From: a bacterium
GTDB taxonomy: Bacteria; Verrucomicrobiota; Kiritimatiellia; RFP12; UBA1067
Direction: 5' to 3'
Length of the DNA: 64,000 bases
Assembly (NCBI GenBank): GCA_037133395.1
Contig: JBAXOG010000006.1
Coordinates: 1,036 to 65,035, forward strand
Shown here: piece by piece, positions 53,912 to 62,900 of the stretch
Position numbering within the stretch: position 1 is the first letter of the stretch
Layout: the number at the start of each line of letters is the position of its first letter
Translations under genes and position numbers: made by a program
The notes under the pieces: generated by a model
Databases searched by the model: none
The model's input: the letters and a program-made list of their open reading frames with translations, nothing else
What the model was told of the DNA's origin: nothing

Positions 53912-56900
53912 ATGAAAAATAGACTTGAACAGCAAGTTATGCGCGCACGATATTCCCGATTTTTAGGTCTTGGTGTAGTAGGGGTAGTTTTCTATCTCAG
54001 CCTGCTGCTGCCGCAATCGGCTATGGCAGCTCCGGGCTTACCCGCCATCACCACTCAACCGATCAGCGCGGTGGCGACAGTAGGGCAGCTAGCCAGTCTG
54101 AGCGTCGCCAATAGCGGCACAGGACCGTTCAATTACCAGTGGTATAAGGACGGGGTACGGCAGATCGGCCAGACGAACACTACATTATCATATACTTCCT
54201 TTGCATTTACGGCCAGCGGCAGTTACTACGCGGTGGTGACGAGTATGTATGGGATGGCCATCAGTTTTCCGGCCACCCTAAGCGTGACCAACGCCCCGTT
54301 GCAAGTTTGGGGGCGTAATGACTATGGCCAGTTGGGTAACGGTACGACGAACAGCGTCAATGTGCCTGCTCAGGTGGCGAGCAATGTGGTGTTGACGGCG
54401 AGTGGTCAGTATCACTCTTTGTTTGTAAAAGCGGACAGCACGCTATGGACTATGGGCTGGAATCCCTATGGAGCACTGGGCGACGGCACGTTCTCAAATA
54501 CTAACCGACCGATTCAGGTAGCGAGCAATGTGGTGGCGGCGGCTGGCGGCTATAGGCACTCTTTGTTTGTAAAAGCGGATGGCACCCTGTGGGCCATGGG
54601 CGATAATACTTCTGGTCAGTTAGGAGCCGGCACGGCGACCGCGACCAACCAGCCTATCATGGTGACGAATGGTGTGGTGATGGTCGCTGCTGGCGATTCT
54701 CATTCGTTGTTTGTGAAAAAGGATGGTACGTTGTGGACGATGGGCTACAATTATTCTGGCGAGTTAGGCAACGGCACGACGATAAACACCAACCGCCCCA
54801 TTATGGTGGCGAGCAATGTGGTGGCAGTGGCGGGCGGCAATTATCACTCTTTGTTTGTGAAAGCAGACGGCACGCTGTGGGCCATGGGGTTCAACACTTA
54901 TGGTCAGTTGGGCAATGGTACAGTGGCCAACGCCCTTTCACCTATTCAGGTGGCTAGTAATGTGGTGGGTGTGGCAGGTGGCCAGTATCACTCGTTGTTT
55001 GTAAAAGCGGACGGCATGCTGTGGGGAATGGGTCGGGATGACAATGGACAGTTGGGTAATGGTGCGATGTTGACGACCACCAACTTGCCAGTTCAGGTGA
55101 CCAACAGCGTGGTAGCGGTGGCTTGTGGTGCTTCTCACTCGCTGTTGGCAAAAGCAGATGGCACGCTCTGGACTATGGGGCTCAATGCTTATGGCCAATT
55201 GGGCAACGGTACGTTAAGCACTTCTTATTCGCCAGTGCAGGTGGCTGGTGGAGGCTTGTTACTCGCCAGTCTGACGAAGGGGCCGTCTTACGACCATTCT
55301 TTGGCGATCGCGGAAGTGGTACCTCCGGCTCCACCCGCCATCACGGCGCAGCCGATCAGTGCGGTGGTGACGGTGGGACAACCCACCAGTCTGAGCGTCA
55401 CGAATAGCGGCACAGGGCCCTTTGGCTACCAATGGTTTAAGGATGGGGTACGGCAGACCGGGCAGACCAACAGTACTTTGTCTTATGCCTCCTTCGCCTT
55501 CACGAACAGCGGCAGTTACTCGGTGGTCATCACGAATGCTCTGGGGATGGCGATCAGTCTTCCTGCCAACCTGAGCGTAACAAATGCCACACTGCGCGTT
55601 TGGGGCTACAATTCGGATGGTCAGTTGGGGAACGGCACGACGACGCACACCAATCTGCCCATTACGGTGGCAAGCAATGTGGTGGTGGCGGCTGGAGGTT
55701 TTTATCACTCTCTGTTTGTGAAAGCGGACAACACGCTCTGGGCCATGGGGAAAAATAATTATGGCCAGTTGGGTAATGGCACGACAGGGGGGATTACGAA
55801 CATTCCCGTTCAGGTGGCGAGCAATGTGGTGACGGTGGCCGCTGGCGAATATCATTCCTTATTTGTGAAAGCAAACGGGACGCTGTGGACCATGGGTCGG
55901 AATTACTATGGTCAGTTAGGCAACAACACCTATAACGATGCCAACCAGCCGGTACAGGTGGCGAATAATGTGGTGGCGGTGGCTGGCGGAGGAGAGCATT
56001 CCTTGTTCGTGAAAGCGAACGGAACGCTGTGGACCATGGGATACAATCTTGCCGGTCAGTTAGGCGACGGCACGACGGCTATCAAAATCAGTCCTGTTCT
56101 GGTGACGAGCAATGTGGTTGCGGTAGGAGGAGGAACGTCCCACTCTTTGTTTATGAAAGCTGACGGGACGCTGTGGGCCATGGGCTACAATTATTCTGGC
56201 CAATTGGGCGACGGCACGACGATTAACAGAAGCAGTCCGGTTCAGGTGGCGAGCAATGTGATGGCGATGGCGAGCGGTACAGATCATTCTCTGTTTGTGA
56301 AAGAGGATGGTACGTTGTGGGGTATGGGGTACAATGCGTATGGCCAGCTTTGCAACGAGCCATCGGGCCAAATCAGCCGACCAGTACAGGCGGCGAGCAA
56401 TGTGGTGGCAGTGGCCGCTGGCTTTTGTCACTCCATGTTTGTGAAAGAGGATGGTACGCTGTGGGGCATGGGTGCTAATAGTGGCGGTCTGCTGGGCAAT
56501 GGTACGACGGACAATGCTTACCAGCCAGTCCAGGTGTTTGGCTTGCTGGCAGCCAGTCTGGCCAAAAAAGCAGGCAGTATTCATTCGTTGGCGATCGCGG
56601 AAGTCATGCCTCCGGCTCCACCCGCCATCACGGCTCAACCTATCAGCGCGGTGGTGGCCGTGGGGCAAGCAGCCAGCCTGAGCGTCACGAACAGTGGAAC
56701 AGGGCCGTTCGGCTATCAGTGGCTCAAGGACGGCGTGATCCTAGCCGGTCAGACGAACAGCACCTTATCGTATACATCCTTCCAGTTTACCGATAGCAGT
56801 AGTTACTCCGTGGTTATCACCAATGCGTATGGTATGGCGATCAGTTTCCCAGCTAGTCTGAGCATTCCCAATGCCCCGTTACGGGTTTGGGGCAACAATG

Positions 56901-59900
56901 TCTATGGCCAGTTGGGCAACGGCACGAACGGTACGGGGGTCTACGCCCTCCTGCCCATCACGGTGGCGAGCAATGTGGTGGCAACGGCCGGCGGTGCCTT
57001 CCATTCCCTATTTGTGAAGGCGGACAACACGCTGTGGGCTATGGGCTATAATTTCTCTGGCCAGTTGGGCAACGGCACGACGACAGACACCAACCGCCCC
57101 ATTGCAGTGGCGAGCAACGTGGTGGCAACGGCTGCCGGCGCTTTTCATTCCCTGTTTGTGAAAGCGGATGGCACCTTGTGGAGCATGGGGCGCAATGTTG
57201 ATGGCCAGTTGGGCGATGGCACTAATACCAACATCGACCGGCCGGTACAGGTGGCGAGCAACGTGGTGGCGGCGGCCGGCGGTGAATTCCATTCCCTGTT
57301 TGTGAAAGCAGACGGCACGCTGTGGGCCATGGGTGCCAATGTCTATGGCCAGTTGGGCAACAACACGACAAACAATGCCAACCTGCCGATCATGGTGGCG
57401 AGCAATGTGATGGCCGTTGCTGCTGGGGGTGATCAGTCTCTGTTTGTGAAAGCAGACAACACCCTGTGGGCCATGGGAGAGAACAGCAGTGGCCAGTTGG
57501 GGAACGGAACGACGGTCAACGAGAGCCGTCCTATCCAGGTCACCAACAATGTAACAGCCGTTGCTGTTGGGGGTGCTCATTCCCTGTTTGTGAAAGCGGA
57601 CGGCATGCTGTGGACCATGGGAAACAATAATTTTGGCCAGATGGGCAATAGTATAACGGGTGGTTCCACTAACCAACCGATACAGGTGGCGAGCAATGTG
57701 GTGATGGCGGCTACTGGGTATAATCATTCTTTGTTTGTGAAAGCAGACGGCGCGCTGTGGGCCATGGGAAACAACACTTATGGTCAGCTGGGCAACGGCA
57801 AAACGGTGAGCACCAATTGTCCGACTCAGGTCTCTGGCGGCCTCCTGACCGTTGTTCTGGCCCAAGCGCCATTGGCTGAGCATTCTCTGGCGATCGCGGG
57901 CGCAGTACCCGTGGTATCCGTATCCAACCAGACTGTTACGGTCGACCAAACCACGAACTTCGTGGCCGTCGTCACAGGCGATGGTCCGTTCACGTATCAA
58001 TGGCAAAAGAATGGCACCAATATCGTGAATGCCACGAATGCCTCGTACACGGTTTCCAGCGCGGCTGTGAGCGATGCCGGCAATTATGCTGTGAGCGTTG
58101 TCAGTCCTTTTGGCACCACAACCAGCGCCGTTGCCACGTTGACGGTGAACAAGGCTACGCCGAGTGTGACGACCTGGCCCACGGCTTCCACAATTACGTT
58201 TGGCCAAACGCTGGCCGCTTCCACGCTGAGCGGTGGAACGGGTTCGGTGGCTGGCGTGTTTGCCTTCACCTTGCCAGCCACGGTTCCAGCGGTGGGGTCC
58301 ACCTCACACGGTGTCACCTTTACGCCGACGGACACGAACAGTTATAACAGCGTGACCAGCTCCGTGAGCGTAACGGCCATCGATCCTCCGGCCATCTCCT
58401 CCCAGCCTGTCAGTGCGGTGCTGACAGCGGGGCAGGCAGCCAATCTGAGTGCCACCCATAGCGGCACAGGACCGTTCGGCTACCAGTGGCTTAAGGATGG
58501 CGTGATCCTAGCGGGTCAGACGAACAGGACCTTGTCGTATACATCCTTTGCGTTTACGAACAGCGGCAGTTACTCCGTGGTCATCACCAATGCGTATGGT
58601 ATGACCATCAGTTTCCCGGCCAGCTTGAGTGTCCCAGACGCTCCGCTACAGGTTTGGGGTAACAATGTGAGTGGCCAGCGGGGCGACGGCACGAATACCG
58701 ATACCAACCGGCCCGTCTACGTGACGAACAACGTGGTGGTGGCAACTGGCGGCTTTTCTCATTCCCTATTTGTGAAAGCGGATGGGACGCTGTGGGCTAT
58801 GGGCTACAATGCTCAAGGCCAGCTGGGTAACGGCACGACGGCCAATACCAACCTGCCTGTCTACGTGACGAACAATGTGGTGGCGGCGGCTGGCGGCAGT
58901 GGTTACTCCCTATTTGTGAAAGCGGACGGCACGTTGTGGGCCATGGGTCAAAACAATTATGGGCAGCTGGGGGACGGCACGACGGCCAATACGGGAACCA
59001 ACCTGCCGGTACAGGTGGCGAATAATGTGGTGGCGGCGGCTGGCGGCAGTGGTCACTCCCTGTTTGTGAAAGCGGACGGCACGTTGTGGGCTATGGGTCA
59101 AAACAATTATGGGCAGCTGGGGGACGGCACGACAGCCAATACAGGAACCAACCTGCCGGTACAGGTGGCGAACAATGTGGTGGCGGCGGCTTGCGGCAGT
59201 GGTCATTCCCTGTTTGTAAAAGCGGACGGCACGTTGTGGGCCATGGGTTGGAATGCTGCTGGTCAGATGGGGGACGGCACGACAAACAACGCCAGCCTGC
59301 CGGTACAGGTGGCGAACAACGTGGTGGTGGCAACTGGCGGCCGTTTGCACTCTCTGTTTGTGAAAGCGGACGGGACGCTGTGGGCCATGGGTAACAATGT
59401 ATGGGGTCAGTTGGGCAACGGCACGAATACGGAGACCAACCGGCCTGTTTATGTGACGAACAACGTGGCGGCGGCGGCGGGTGGCTATCAGCACTCCCTG
59501 TTTGTAAAAGCGGACGGGACGCTGTGGACCATGGGCTACAATAACAAGGGACAGCTGGGCAACGGCACGACGGATTCTACCAATCTGCCGGTGCAGGTGA
59601 CCGGTTTGCTGGTCGCCAGTTTGGCCAAAGAACCACAGGCTAGCCATTCTTTGGCGATTGCGGAAATCCTGTTGCCTGACCTGCAAGTTCTCGGCACGAA
59701 TGGCACAGAGATTGAAAGTGGCAGCGGCGTCTCGCCGCTGAATGGCACCCAGTTCGCCCCGATCCTTCCGGGCGCAACCGTCACCAACACCTTAAGCATC
59801 ACGAACAACGGTATGTCGCTCCTGACGATCAGCGGGGCAGGGGTTCAGGGGGCAGGGTTCAGAGTTCAGGGAATACCCGCGACGGTTTCTGTGGGCGCAG

Positions 59901-62900
59901 TGTCGAGCTTTGATGTGGTCTTCAATCCCGATGCGGTCGGGAGCTTTACATCAACGCTCAGCATATCTAACAATTCGCCTACAGCCGTCTACACGGTTAA
60001 CTTGGCGGGCTCGTGTTACCAACTTTCGGCGAACAGCGGTCCGTATGTGGGCGGCAACACCATCACTGTAACCAACGGCACCTTCGGTACCATCACCCAT
60101 GTTTTGGTGGGCGGTGTGCAGGCGACGATCACGGGGTCGGGTACGACGTGGTTCACGATCACCCTGCCAGCCGCGGGCTCGGCGGGCGTGAAAGACATTG
60201 TGGTGCAGACCTCCAACAACGGCGATATCACGTTGACGGGTGCTTATACGGTCAACCCAGCAGGCGTGATTGGCCTACCGGCCGGCCCCTCCGTCTGGAC
60301 GAATCTGAGTAGTGGTGTGGATGTTGCTGTACAGGCGTTGGCACCAGACGCGAATGGCGATCTATATGTGGGTGGCCTGTTCGCTAACGCGGGAGGCAAG
60401 GCGGCCAGTCGGATAGCGAAGTGGAATGCGTCGTCAGGCACTTGGACGAATCTGGGCAGTGGCGTGAATGGCGTTGTGCGCGTGTTGGCGTATGACGGGG
60501 CAAACCTGTACGTGGGCGGGGAGTTCACGACTGCAGGCGGTGTAACGGCCAACCGGGTGGCGAAGTGGACTGCGTCGTCAGGCACTTGGACGAATCTGGG
60601 CTCCGGCATGAACGACACGGTGTTTACTTTGGCGCATGACGGAACGAATCTATATGCAGGCGGCTATTTCACAACTGCAGACGGCGTGACGGTCAACAAG
60701 GTGGCGAAGTGGAATGGCACGAGTTGGACGAATCTGGGCAGTGGCGTGAACACCTATGTGTATGCCTTGGCGCATGACGGGACGAATCTTTACGCGGGCG
60801 GCTATTTCACGACTGCGGGGGGCGTGTCAGCCAATAATGTAGCGATGTGGAATGGTACGAGCTGGACAAATCTGGCTGGCGGTGTGAACGGCAATGCGTA
60901 TGCCTTGACACATGATGGGACGAATCTGTATGCAGGCGGTTCATTCACCACGGCAGGCGGTTTGGGGGCCACCCGGATGGCGAAGTGGAATGGCACGAGC
61001 TGGACAAATATGGGCAGTGGCACGAGCGGCGATGTGATGGCCTTGTCGCATGACGGGGCGAATCTGTATGCAGGCGGTTCATTCACGACCGCAGGCGGTG
61101 TTACGGTTAACCGGGTGGCGAAGTGGGATACATTGTCGGGCATCTGGACAAATATGGGCGCCGGCATGGACATTTCTGTGTATGCCTTGGCTCAAAATGG
61201 GGCCAATCTATACGCAGGCGGGGGTTTCACGACCGCAGGTGGCGTGGCGGCCAATCGCGTGGCAAAGTGGGGCCCGACGTTCCCGGCAGATCTCGGAGTC
61301 ACCCCGTCGTCCGGCTCGTGGGTGGGAGGTTATTCTGTAGTCATCTCAGGCACGAACTTGTGCGACGGAACAATGGGCGACGTGACCAACGTGACGCTGT
61401 GTGGCGTGAGCGCGACGGTCACAGCAGTGAACGGCTCGACGCAGATTGTAGTCACAGCCGGCGTTTCTGGCGTGACGGGTCTCGGCGATGTGCGTGTGTT
61501 CTCAACCAGCTTCGGCACGACAATTAAGAGCAATGCGTTTGAATATCTGCGGGTCGAACAGGTTTCGCTGGTGTTCACACCGGCGAGTCCTCAGACCTTT
61601 GGAACGACCAATGCGCTCTCCGTTTCAGGCGGTTCCGGAACAGGGGCGGTCAGTTATGACGTCCTCAGCGGTCCCGGCCAAATCGTTGGTGGCACGAGTT
61701 TGGTGATGACCGGCGGCGTAGGAACCGTTCAGGTTCGGGCACTGAAGGCGCAGGATAACTTGTATTTTGTGACGTCCATCACCTCTGGCGTGACGGCGGC
61801 CAAGGCCAGTCAATCGATCAGCTTCGCGAACCCTGGCGCCCAACTCACAACCAACAGCGTCGGGCTAGCGGCGACCGCTTCCTCGGGCCTTGTTCCCACA
61901 TTTAGCGTGGTGAGTGGCGCTGCCTCAATCAGCGAGGGCACTAACCTAATCTTCACTACTGCAGGCAACGTGAGTGTTGTGGCTGCGCAAGGTGGCGACG
62001 GGAACTGGAACTCCGCCACGAGCGTGACGAACACCTTCACGGTCAGCCTGACTGAGCAGGCAACGATGACGTTTAGTAGCCTTGTCTCTCCGCAGATCTA
62101 TGCCACCACCAATACAATTTCCGCCATAGGCGGATCCGGCACGGGTCTGGTGTCGTATGCCGTTCAATCTGGCCCCGGAACGATTTTGGGGACTGGCCCA
62201 ACATTCAGGTTCATCGTACTGGGTATGTCGGGCGTTAAACTCGTTGTTAATTCTGGTACGGGTACAGTGGTCGTCGTGGCTACCCGGGCTGCAAGTGCGT
62301 TGTACAGTGCGCAATCGATAACGGGTTTAGTGAACTGTGCTAAGGCCGAGCAAGGTATCACCTTCACTGGCTTTAGCGATCAGTTCTGGACCAATCAATT
62401 GCTTCTGGCGGCGACCGCATCGAGCAGTTTGGGTGTGGCGTTCACTGTCGCTTCTGGCCCCGCTTTGATTAGCAATAATACGAATCTGAGTTTCACCGGT
62501 TATGGCACTGTCGGCATCGCGGCGGCACAGACGGGCAACGAAAATTATAAGGCGGCAAGTTCCGTGACTAACTTTATCCCTGTGCTAGGGCCGCAACTTG
62601 CGGTGCTGGGTACCAATAGCGCGGTGGTGGCGAACAGTAATGTTGTCTCTATAGCGGACGGTACTGACTTCGGTGCCTGCGTGATCGGGAAAAGCACGGT
62701 AACGAATCAGTTTGTGGTCAGAAACATCGGCAATGCGCCAGCAGGTATCAGTGGCGTGACGATGACCGGCCTAGGGGCGAACTCGTTCGAGTTGGTTTCC
62801 CCTCCTCCGTTCGCGACGACTATCGATGGCGACGATGTGTCCTTCAAGTTGGCCTTCCAACCGCGTGCCGGCGGACTCCAGACCGCGGTGTTCACGATTT

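Noticed and set aside
55259-59686. Long minus-strand ORFs (57008..58207, 399 aa; 58910..59686; 56060..56668; 55259..55855) opposite the giant RCC1 gene
   Set aside because: They are periodic mirror images of the RCC1 blade repeats (…HGPQRAVRFHKQ(G/R)…) and are open only because the repeated sense codons lack antisense stops. The sense frame has clear domain signatures and an RBS.
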